Positions 1-10,763 of a stretch of DNA of 64,000 nt are shown one piece after another (positions within the stretch are counted from its first letter, which is position 1; each line of letters opens with the position of its first letter). This DNA comes from Balanoglossus misakiensis (lineage: Eukaryota > Animalia > Hemichordata), in assembly GCA_040954595.2 (NCBI GenBank), contig CM082583.2, positions 7,624,849-7,688,848 on the forward strand. Reading direction: 5' to 3'. Position numbers and translations under genes: made by a program. Under the pieces are notes generated by a model. The model was not told where the DNA came from and made no database searches. It saw only the letters and a list, made by a program, of their open reading frames with translations.

Positions 1-411
1 CGATAACAGTTTCTCTTTAATGGCTAGCAAAATAGAACTAAGGAAGAATCAATAATCAATTAGACTTCAGTTGACGATAAGGAAAATTATGAAAGATGTT
101 ACCGTTGAAACTTTAGGAAAAGATCGGTCTTGTATTAGGAAAATAAATGTATGTCGGATCCCTCGCAGACTGAACAAAACAAGTGTAACGAATTCAGACT
201 TAATTTGAGAATCAAAAGTGCCTTTTTTTCTTATATGGTAGCTTTTTGAACTCTTGTGGGTCGTGTTAGACGGCATTACATAAATTTGCAATTGCTTGGT
301 TACGGAGGTTCACATGGGAATCCATGTTATAAGAGCAACACAGCTATACATTATGTGCATGGTCCTCAGACCACTTAGTTTAATAATGATTGAAGTCTTA
401 CATATACCAAC

Positions 412-661
412 CTGGAAAGTGCCTTATATCGGCCGCTAATATGATGTGAATATATCCATCAGATACGCGTGGTAGGCCTAAGTCTGTTTTATCTGCGACT
501 GGGCCATATTCTCGCTCCGCTGCAATATCTGTGGCCTCCGGGGTCATGTCTCTGACCCTATGCTGCTGTCGATCGAGCCAGTGGAATGTCCTCACAAACA
601 CCAAACCGCACAGTAACACCGCTGAATACACAAAAAATGTTGGTCCCAGTTTTCGACGCAT
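412..661 (-). CDS. First coding exon of a putative GT8 (GLT8D-like) type II membrane glycosyltransferase; gene continues beyond the left window edge
   Basis: ATG at 661 reads MRRKLGPTFFVYSAVLLCGLVFVRTF...GYIHIILAADIRHFP(G): basic N-terminus, TM helix, stem, then a first beta strand. It ends at a G|GTTGGT donor in phase 1. The end aligns with exon 1 of the GT8 gene at 8012-8243 (NFIDVITATDPAHIA G|GTAGGT) at the same intron position and phase. Family assignment is inferred from this paralogy only. Confidence 0.6.
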
Positions 662-1637
662 TGCCGGTGGGAAAAAAACTTCAGGAACCCAAATCAAAGA
701 GAGATCGCGAAGTGCGAAGGCGCGGATGTATGGTAGCGCAGAACTGTCGCACACTGGAAGCCATACACGTGTGGCCGGTAGAGGACAGATTTCATCGACG
801 TCAACACATTCCTTGGTGATATATTAATACCCTGGTCAACTTTCGATCGCCCAGAACCTATTTAACGGTCGACATCTTCCCCACAGTTCCTTAATTGCCT
901 TCAGAATCGGAGGAGAAGAGACCAGTCACTGTTCAATAAGTTTCGTTTTTGTCAGCTTGCGTCCACACACATATATACTCCCACTAATACTGGCGTCAGC
1001 TTGCTAGTCTCGTTTTCAAACTCACAGTAGGCTTACCAGATACCAATAAAATCCTTATATTATACCAAACATAGGAAAATCCTCTCCCAAAACAGTTCAC
1101 AACTTGTTTCACATTTCCAAATTGTATTATCTGCTCAGGGTTGCGGAAATCCGCATTTTCAGAAGTTTTCAAACAATAACGATAACAATGAAATTTAAAA
1201 TCGCATTTGCACACATTTACCAATGGAACTTCACTGACTGTTATAGAAACAAACAACATATGCGCTTTCACATCATTCAGTGATTGTACGGTTTACCTTC
1301 AGGGGTCACCTCATTGTATCGATTCTGACACGAACGCTAATCATATAGTCCACCACAAAGGAACGTGTTTTCACACACAGTTTTACCGGCGCTTATCTCT
1401 GTCGATCGGACAACACCTCCGTACATCAGTTTGTGATTGGACGAGTATAAGTAAATTTTACGGGTCTCGGAGTTTTACAGCACACCAAACGGTTTAATTC
1501 CGCAAACCTCCGATCGGTTATGGAAAAACAAGAAACATGATTTTAACAATGTAAATGAGGCAAGGAGAGTCTATACATGTACAAGCAGGCCGAAACTAAT
1601 ACCACCGTAACGAAAAAGTGTAAATTTTGAAAAAAAA

Positions 1638-2282
1638 TATCATGGTCTTTATACACCTCGTGTGGTTAGGGATGGACATTGTGACACAATGTTGGTATAA
1701 TACATGCTTTCTCATTGGCTAATATATCCCAGGTGCACATCGATTTGCATGCGCATGTCACTGTATTTTAGTCACGCCACCATTATGGACGCATACTAGG
1801 ATATCTCCGACACAGAATTTTCAAGCGAAGTGGAACGGTTTTGTTCTCAGTTTGACAACCCGATACCACGGAATAACAGACGTCGACAAGATTTTAAACT
1901 AACGGTAAAACGGGTATGTGAAAGGCTCCCGTGAACAGTGCATAATTGACGGAAAACGGAGACATCGCGTACCACAAAATGCCCGCAAGTCAACCAGGTG
2001 GGGCCATGTCAGTGTGCGATGCATGGGGACAAGAGCTGGGATATCATACGCCATTTTGGCAAGGTAAGTTTCAGTTATTTTCTCATATTTTCCCCAACGC
2101 GAAAGCTCGCCGACCTGCTTTAGAAAGGCCAGTTTAATACGCCATGTGTCTATTGGTATTGGTACAGCGGACCAATAAATAGATATGATAAATAGGGCAA
2201 GCCTAGCCAGGCATGACTTGATGATACCACCGTTGCCGAGTGTCCATTTTATGGCCTTGTAAGTAGCACATCGCCATAGTAA
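1638..2282. mobile_element. Possible degenerate non-autonomous DNA element with imperfect subterminal inverted repeats
   Basis: GGACATTGTGACACAATGTTGGTATAAT (1674-1701) resembles the reverse complement of 2221-2245 (GGACACTCGGCAACGGTGGTATCAT). The ends TATCATGG.. and ..CCATAGTAA are weakly inverted. Only one copy in the window; family not established. Confidence 0.25.
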
Positions 2283-2883
2283 TTGTAAGGAAAAGAACAC
2301 TCATTACAACAGCTGTGAATTTATTAGATTTCATCAAAAAACTTACACAAACACATCATGTCATCAAACAGTCATTCATATCCATGGTTACTCTGCTGAC
2401 AATGCTCATCTGTCCCTTCAACTAAATAGTAAATGTAGTGGGGGCGTAAGACACCGCCCAACTGATCCACGTGTATAATGACTTCTGCATGACATTACAT
2501 GTATGAATGTCTACGGGTAAAGTTACATATTTCAGTTGTTTTTTTTTCTCAAACGAAAGTCGTGTTAATCCTGAGAAATAATATATACCAAATTTATTCG
2601 AAATCATCCCTCCAAAGTGAGTTGTTTTAGAATGCGAAGTAATATTCTACAATGGGAAAAATCACACACGTACATATACCGGTACACGCATGCAAATTTC
2701 TCTCCACCTTGATTGTCTTTGTCGTTTTAGTACTGCTGTTATGACAGCTCTTCAACTTATTTTGATCAGATTACTTGACTTCAAGTAAACTGCACGAGAA
2801 GTGGGGAAAGTGCCACTGTGTTGATGGGATCTTTTAGCGCAAGAAACTTTCAGCTCTATAATCAATGGGTGATACCAATTCGA

Positions 2884-4461
2884 TCATCCCAACACAAAAC
2901 AGTTCAAATTGTTTTTAAAAAGTGAGTGTTTTACATTGTTTATCTGGTCGTTTGGGTCAACTTCGCGAGATCGATATCGGATGTACTTATCGTTATCAAC
3001 TCGCTGATGGAAGATGTTGACGTCGTGGCAGCTCGCAACAGTCAGTTTCCCCATCCAGTCGAAGAAGTACTCGGTATGCCCGAGGCGCTCGTACTCGGGG
3101 TCGAAACCACCTGCTTGGCGGACAGCCGTCGTCCGCGCCATGAAGAACATAGTGGTCATGTCCGTGTAGTGGCATTGCGGGAAGCTGGTCAGCGAGCGGT
3201 ACCAGTAGTCTCGAAATCGTATCAGGCAGTCGCCCTCGTCGTTGCCATGGGTGAACTGGAAACGATTGCAACCGTGGCAGTCTGGTCCGTACGCGAGATT
3301 TCCGTCATCATCGCCAAATGTTCCCCCGATGACGTCCAATTTCGAGTTGAAGTCCTCGAACTTTCCGAAGAAGTTCTCCAGTTTCGTGCCTCTTGTGAAC
3401 ACATAATCATCGTCAACGTACAGAAAGTATTTGGTCCTCACTTGACTCAGTGCAAGGTTTCTGCCGGCAGAAGCCCCCTCCGCAAATGGCATAGTGTAGT
3501 GCTTGACATGTTTACCGGAGAGACGTTGAGGGCGCTGAGAGTCGTCGGCGACAACGATCGTCATTCCGGGATAGTGCTTATTGACGCTTTTGATCAGCCT
3601 ATTGACGGCGTCGTACCGTTCAAACGTTTTCGTGATCACCGTTACAAGGTCGTTAACATGATGGCTTTCCCCGGGGTCATACAAGAACGGCATAGACCAG
3701 CGTTTAATACGCACATTTATGGTGTAACTCGAATTGTTCAGCGTCACAGTGATTTTGTCGCGTGTGTCGATGTCGAAATAAATGCTTTTATAGTGCAAAG
3801 TCTGGAGAATGTTATGAATGACGGTCGCTGTTTCCGCCTGTATTCGGACACTCTGTGTATAGTTACCTGAAACATCGGCCTTCCCAAATTCAGTCGTGTT
3901 TGACACGAATAAAATTCCGAGCGATTTTTCCGATACAATCGACACCGTGTGTTTCTTTGACCTCTTGACAATGGCATGGTTGGGGTCCACCATCAGCCCT
4001 TTCACGCGTATTGTTTCGAATGGCTCGATCGTTATTCCACTCGCAGGATATCGTAGCGGCGACGAGGCTTGGCATTCAACCAGCGGTTCTCTTTCGTGTT
4101 CGTGCAATCGTTTCCACTCTTCGAGCTCTTTCCTTCGCCGTATCATGGCGGAGTTCTCCAGCGAGTCCCACAGCTCTAACAGGTCCTCCCCGCAGCTGCA
4201 CGCGCCGGGAGCCAGGCGTTTCCTCGGCTGCTTTCGGCCAGCGGTGCCATTCGCTGGATTACCGTCGATACGTCGTTCAACGACTGAGCCAACTTTCTGG
4301 AAATCCTCGCCGGTGTGCTTCGGCGTGCTGGACACTTTCAATAGGGAAGCCAAACTGACGACGAGATAAAGCGCGATCAGAATCACCAGAAAACGGAGAA
4401 ATCGCCCCGAGTTCCTCTTGCTTACACATGGTAAAAGGCGCCAGTCCGCCAGATGCCCCAT
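2884..4461 (-). CDS. Beta-1,4-N-acetylgalactosaminyltransferase, B4GALNT1/B4GALNT2-like (GT12), intronless CDS, 525 aa
   Basis: Single ORF with an N-terminal TM (FLVILIALYLVVSLASLL) and CSC in the stem. The catalytic region LVTVITKTFERY..IVVADDS..HYTMPF..AGRNLALSQVRTKYFLYVDDDYVF..GFDP..HTEYFFD..LTVASC closely follows the motif order I recall for vertebrate GM2/GD2 synthase and Sd(a) synthase, including the DDD motif. Confidence 0.9.
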   Translation of the reverse strand: MGHLADWRLLPCVSKRNSGRFLRFLVILIALYLVVSLASLLKVSSTPKHTGEDFQKVGSVVERRIDGNPANGTAGRKQPRKRLAPGACSCGEDLLELWDSLENSAMIRRRKELEEWKRLHEHEREPLVECQASSPLRYPASGITIEPFETIRVKGLMVDPNHAIVKRSKKHTVSIVSEKSLGILFVSNTTEFGKADVSGNYTQSVRIQAETATVIHNILQTLHYKSIYFDIDTRDKITVTLNNSSYTINVRIKRWSMPFLYDPGESHHVNDLVTVITKTFERYDAVNRLIKSVNKHYPGMTIVVADDSQRPQRLSGKHVKHYTMPFAEGASAGRNLALSQVRTKYFLYVDDDYVFTRGTKLENFFGKFEDFNSKLDVIGGTFGDDDGNLAYGPDCHGCNRFQFTHGNDEGDCLIRFRDYWYRSLTSFPQCHYTDMTTMFFMARTTAVRQAGGFDPEYERLGHTEYFFDWMGKLTVASCHDVNIFHQRVDNDKYIRYRSREVDPNDQINNVKHSLFKNNLNCFVLG

Positions 4462-5288
4462 TCTGGAAGAGTGGTAATGGCGGCGTATTTACCGACCCGT
4501 GTCCCACCATGCATGACAAAAGAACGACCAATTATGTATGCGCTCTATTTTCGCGCAGAAAAATTACCTGCACATTTATATGTTTATCCGGGAGATCGCT
4601 GTTGTCTCGGTACGTACATGCTGTCAGTGACGTTATATAATGGCGTCACCAGTTTGGATTAATTAATAATTTATTTATTCAATATTTTCTTTGATATCCT
4701 TTTAACGATGTGGCCTAGAACTGGAACCAAGGCCGTGAACTCAAGAGAATATACTAGTAGTAGCCCACGGCACAGAGAAACAAAGCCAGAAGCAGAAAAC
4801 ACGCGCAGAATAAAAATAAATGTACTTATACCCAGACAAAAACAGCCACAACGTAAAACGCCGACATCAGTGAAAGTGAATCGATTGGTTGACTGTGGTG
4901 GCGCACTTTCTGTCCAAAAAGGCTTCCCATCTTACGCGTGAATTCACTAGTACACGTGGTTAAAATACCTACAACAGCAACAAGAAGTAAAGCCCGCTAA
5001 GTTCAAACTGATTATGTCCCTCACCTTTTGCGAAGCCATAACTCGTGTCAAAGGGAAGCTGCCAGCTAGCCTTGTAATTTATTCATCAAACTCTATAAAA
5101 TCTTGTAGAAAATCAATGACGTGAGCATTTTAGTAAACCGGATAAGACAATAATGTTATCTTCTCAATCGCTCTAGAAATCAGGCATTTTTGAATTCCAC
5201 TTTGTTAGACAGAGCAGGAGCTTTAAGTATCGATTCGTGTAACAAACTTTGCTTCAACTGTCTGTGTAGAGAAAAATGATGACGTTAT

Positions 5289-8243
5289 TCACGTGGCTCG
5301 TGTGGCTCGTTTTTTGCCAACTACAAACTGACAATGTGGCCCGGCCCTGTCTGTCTGACACACGCATTTCCATAGGGTCATCCGAGCGATTTCTGACGAA
5401 TACGTCATACACATTCCCGATCCCGAACATTCTTTGAGTCGATACTTTCTCCAATACATTGTGTTCGTACCCGATGATAGCCACGGTTTATCTGAAAACA
5501 AAGCAAAGCAAAACAAAACTTTATACCAACAGATCGATTTTTTACATGTTGTCTCTTATTTTCCGTACCTCATGAACGTTGTCTGTAATGAAACCACATC
5601 CCAACAATATTGATGCGGGGGTGATGGGCGCCCTGCAATTTCAGGCGGCTATGGACCCCAACACTAACCCTAAGACACAGTGCCGCCTGTAGCTGTTCCG
5701 GCAAATGTACTTACAAGGACTATCCCAGTGATATATCCCAGCAATTTTCTCCTCTTCTTTCCCGAGTTCCCGTTTCCACCCAACACTTCTCACATTCCAC
5801 CTCGGATGTAGTAACTTCCACAAACCATGGAAGGCAATCTGCATGGCGGAATGGCTACCAGAGTTCCATAGCGGTTCAACTGATTCTGCGTTCTGTTGAG
5901 CGGAACAAGCTTTAATATCAGTCAACCACTTCCGACAGAAGGAGGAAGAGGGGAGTCGAAAAAGCGGAGCTCGTGAGGGGCATGTGCACATTGTCTCATA
6001 AGAAAAAAAAACTGAAACTTTATCATATATGCTACACATTATCATCTCCAAATAAGCCGTTACTCTTCCGATGTCAAATTAAACTTCGAAGAAATAACAA
6101 ACACACGAACCTTTTGCAACCAGAAGTCAACCTCATCACTAAAGGCCCACTTCCGGTAAAACTCCAAATCGATCACAAAAACCCCGCCATTAAACAGGGA
6201 GGCGCACGCAGTGAACTCTCTACGATATCTGGTTAATTAAACGAGGATAAATATAAAAAAGATTGTAAACAAGTAAAACCAGTTTTAGTTTTTGAAAATC
6301 GATGGTGGGAACCACAGAGTTGGTTTTAAATGAACAATAGCGCTCCACCAAAGATTAAAACCCCACCAGGGCGGAGAAAGGCCGATTATTTTGATTTTCT
6401 TGTGACATTTTGTCCTTAAATAGTTTTTAAAACAAATACCTTTAAATTCTCCCTAGTGTGTATATTCCAGCGTTTTGACACACTGTCTGTCATCTGTACA
6501 TATAATACAGTCCCTGTAATTCACCAGTATATATTTACCTTTCTTGAAAATGATTTGTGACCGTTTTTACATTGAAGTTGCCGGAACTGAAGTTCAGTTG
6601 ATCTTTTACCGCCAGCAACGGCGCCGGAAAAGTGACCGCCTCCAGCCATAACTCTTCTATTGGGGCATTCATCACTGTATCTACGTCTAAATAGAAAGCC
6701 CTTCTCAAGTCTGGAAAGAGCCTAAAATATTAGAAGACACTCCGAGGTTATTCTGGTCGACAAATGAGACAAGAAGTTAAATGTCTAAAGATGACAGGAA
6801 AGAAAGAAAGAAAGACAGACAGACAGACAGACAGACAGAAAGACAGAAAGACAGAAAGACAGACAGACAGACAGAAAGAAAGAAAGAACATGAATATCTG
6901 CCAAAGAGCAGGCACAACGCAACCTACCTATGCAAGTAGTTCCACGCATAGCTACAGACCCCTTTATCGAGATCGTTCGCCAACGACTTGTCCCAAAGAA
7001 GAGCCGTTTTTGGATCGACCATTTGCTTATTGAAGCTGACGACTTCAATCTGAATATAAAAATGTGCCGTTTATTTTCCATTCATATGATACAAAAACTA
7101 ACAAACAAACGATTAGAGAAACCTCCGGGCAGAATAGATTCTACAAAACATTTCTGAATCTGAAATAAGACGACATCTTACCTTGTGGGGGTCAGTTTTC
7201 ACACCATGGCAACGAAGATAGGATTCCATGAACTCGGCTGTATCTCCACACATGACAACGTGCACTCTGACATCATCAGGTCGTTTTGTATTCACCATGA
7301 TGGAATTGATCAAAGCTGGCACCCCTTCAAATAATTAATAGACAGTGTAGGATAAAGGATGCTGGTAAATATATACCAATTATGCCATTTGCAGGGGCAT
7401 GGCAGAATAAATGATATTTTACTACTGATAATCTGTTTATACATTTCCAATATGGCTGCATCATCTTGCGACCATATTACTAAATATTAACACAAATGAT
7501 CTGGTATGAGAATTTGCTTATAGACGGCGATACGCAAACAAACAGTTTAGAAATGAGCCTCCTACTAAAATTCTTTTGTTTTGGCCAGATTTCGACAGAG
7601 TACTTATTGAAACTCCATTGTAATTAATGATACCGGCCACAATCCGGTACGCTGCATATGAATGTAAACAATATGAGACTAAAAATACGAGCTGCATCAG
7701 CTGTCACATCACGACCTCCGTTCATGAAGGCACCATCATTTTTTTTCATGCGTGGTGCAGCACAACCCGCAGCATAAAAATAATTACCACTATAAAATAA
7801 ATTTCACGTATGCTCAATTTTGCACTTGAGCTGAGCTAGCTGGGTTATCCTAAACTCCAAATTTATCAAATGGAAAGGTGGCATCGTTTATCACTAATTT
7901 CCCCAGCACCTACACCGCTATCAAATCCCTACGTCACGTGGCACATTTAAATACCAGACGAGGCGCACATTTTGCTGTTGCTTTAAAATAGTAAATACTG
8001 CGTGTACCTACCAGCAATATGCGCTGGGTCGGTCGCTGTAATGACGTCGATGAAGTTACCGACAAGTCGCTCGCTCTTCTCCGGGTAATCCCTCCGCCAC
8101 AAGTTCAAAGTCGCCATCGACAGCGTCGGTCCCATCTTGTAGCCGGCGCGGCTCAATATCACAAAACTCGTCAGTACGCAAAGATAGAAGGTTAGGAAGA
8201 TCAGGAGTCCGTTGATGGACTTAAAGTGTTTCGGCAAATGCAT
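5289..8243 (-). CDS. GT8 family glycosyltransferase (GLT8D1/2-like) with C-terminal EGF-like module; 7 coding exons, 392 aa
   Basis: Exons 8012-8243, 7182-7324, 6928-7049, 6539-6721, 6111-6228, 5715-5892 and 5289-5491. All are GT-AG with consistent phases (1,0,2,2,0,1), total 1179 nt. Motifs: N-terminal TM, ALINSI..NT, LFPDLRRAFYLDVD (DxD), FNGGVFVIDL, WNVRSVG, IYHWDSPYKPW. AATAAA on the minus strand at 5078-5083. Confidence 0.88.
6800..6885. repeat. (GACA)n/(GAAA)n compound microsatellite in intron 3 of the GT8 gene
   Basis: Directly visible tetranucleotide repeats. Confidence 0.9.
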
Positions 8244-10721
8244 TCCGCGAATGAAATGTCGCCTATCCTTTTAAGCTTGGTAGTTATTTCATTCCACTGA
8301 GCGGCAGAGATAATCAAATTGAAGAAAGGCCACTGTACTGACTGATACCAACTGACTGAGTGAGGGAGGTTTTTTGTCATGCCCTTATTCAACTTTACAG
8401 TTAGGATTTATTTCGGAACAGATGTTGTTAATCCAGTGACAGTCAATATAGTTTGTTTCACAATAAAAACGTGGATTGTGCATATGCAAAATCGGCGATC
8501 CCCGCTGGAAAATAAGAACTAGAACTTCATACGCCAACAGGCATACTAACTGACATATATGCCGGGATGTTTAATTTCCATGACGTGAACTTCACATTAA
8601 ATGAAATTAATGGGAGGACACGAGCATATCGCTCATCGTCCTGACAGTAAAACTATTTCTGATGCATCTTCGTAAAGCATTGACCACTTTATTAAAAGCA
8701 CGCACATTTACATGATCCAATCCGTTTCTATTTCAGAGTTGCTTCGAATTCATGGGCACAAGCGCCTGCGGCCACAGGCAGTCAGTGAAACAAGTGACCC
8801 ACAAGATTGTTCTTCAACGCGCCCTGTGACTTTTTACAGCATGGATGTCCATCCACCTGTGTATTGTTTACGGTAAGAAAAACAAATGTATTTGTTTCTT
8901 CTACTAAAATTATTCTTACATTTTATCAATGGGTGCGGATTGGAAAAAATCCGCAAAATGTACGAAACTGCCTTTCGTTTTTTAATGAGAGCAACTTTGG
9001 CCGTAGATGTCGCTATTGTAATATGGGTAAAGTCGGGTATCCACTTGGTCAATGGCTACTCCCCGGTAAACAAAATTGTGAAACATGACAGGATAGGGTG
9101 AAAGAATAGGGAGCAATGTCATTTCCATTTTTTTAATCATGGGTAATTTAACTGTACTTGTCAGGACCAAGATTTAACAGAAGCAAATTACCACGTGTAC
9201 CAGAACGGTACAATATAAACAGAGTACTGACGTCATCAGAAAATTAAATCCTAACGCAAAATATATGCGGCGTGTACTTTAAAATTGAGCTCAAATCAAC
9301 TCAGGCTGGCGTGGTGTATGTTGCGTGAAAATACAGAGGTCGCATAAAATTGCTCATGAGAGACGTAGACTTGAAGACTAGGCTAAATTAACTATTGACA
9401 ACGTTAAGATGAACATATTGGCCTAGTTTCCTAAAGTTCTATTGACGGTTCTAAAAATACCGACTTGCTTGAAGAGCGCTGTAACAGAAATGGACGGCAA
9501 ATGACGCCAAACATAAGAGCCACGCGACCTCTCTTTTATTGTCTGAATTTTCTAGATGACATCTCTCAACTGTCATTTCAGAAGTTAAATATCACCCCAA
9601 TACCCAAATTGTCCATGTAGAATCGGCGTTTTATGCTTTCCCGCAAGAACGCCTTGACATTTCTGCACCGCCGGGTCATATTTTCTCGGCAATCTTTGAT
9701 CTGCACTTCGCCGTGTTCTTCTCAATAACATCTTGTCCATAAGTTGAAATTGACTACCTTTGGATGAAATCCCGACCGTTTTAGCGCCGCGCCGTTGCCC
9801 ACTTCAGCGCGCCGGTCCACGTTTATATCCCCAATGAATATGTCAGACTGGGGCGAGTATGCAGTGATCCGATCTCAATTCTAAATGACTTTTACTGATC
9901 TTTGATTCGGCTTCGACTCGCCGAAGTTCACGGAAATTAAACATTGGAAGCGTTTCCATCGAGTCCAAACGGGAAATAAAAGCAAGCGAGTCTTTCTGAA
10001 ACCTTTCGCTACGATCATTGTCCAAAGTTCAATCGATTTATTTGTAATCGAAATTGATCGGTTTACATGATTGGACCTTGACGGAGTTTATTCATTTACC
10101 CATAAGTCCTTTGGAAGTCTGCAACCCTTAACCAGGTGTTTCTGTTTCCGGTAACTTCTTTTATTCAAGAAGAGGCCAGAGAAAAATCCTGTTGCAATTT
10201 TTTTTTTTTATACAATAAACGCGACTGAGATTCCCTGCAGAGTTCGCACTTAGAGACCTCAGCTGCTGGGGGTGTCTCCAAATTATTTCGATGTTTTGTA
10301 AATACTCGATCAGGCCGGCCGCCGGGTCAGGAAATATGAGATGTATTTCTTCACAACTGCCGGCCAGCTCGTTTTTTCCTAAACAGCTGTCAATCAGACC
10401 ATAGAACAACATGGAAACTTTTCCAATTGGTATGCACTAATCATCGCGGTACTTTTGCGTACTGGGAGGTTTTTTGTTTCAATTAAGAGGCGCAAATAGG
10501 TCAAAGTTTGATCACACGATAGCGTCTATTTTCATCAAGTGACATTTCATTTGAAATTGAGGACATCATATTGCCGTATCTTCTCAACGTAATTATCGCC
10601 GACGTCCTTTTTACAAGGCTATCAGAGACTTATGTTATGGCCCAGTGTTCAGGAAAATGTAGTCCGCCACACGAAGAATTAAACTAAATCGAGAGAGTGA
10701 TAGGGAGAGAGGGGAGACAGA

Positions 10722-10727
10722 GGGACA

Positions 10728-10760
<33 letters not shown>

Positions 10761-10763
10761 ACA
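10722..10763. repeat. (GACA)/(GGCA)n microsatellite preceded by a GA-rich tract
   Basis: Directly visible repeats. Confidence 0.85.

Noticed and set aside
398-754. 118-aa ORF as a complete protein
   Set aside because: The credible start is the ATG at 661, and the frame is left at a splice donor at 411. It is a first exon, not a whole gene.
2926-4369. Plus-strand ORFs of 314, 157 and 115 aa
   Set aside because: Antisense shadows of the GC-rich B4GALNT-like CDS; no recognisable motifs.
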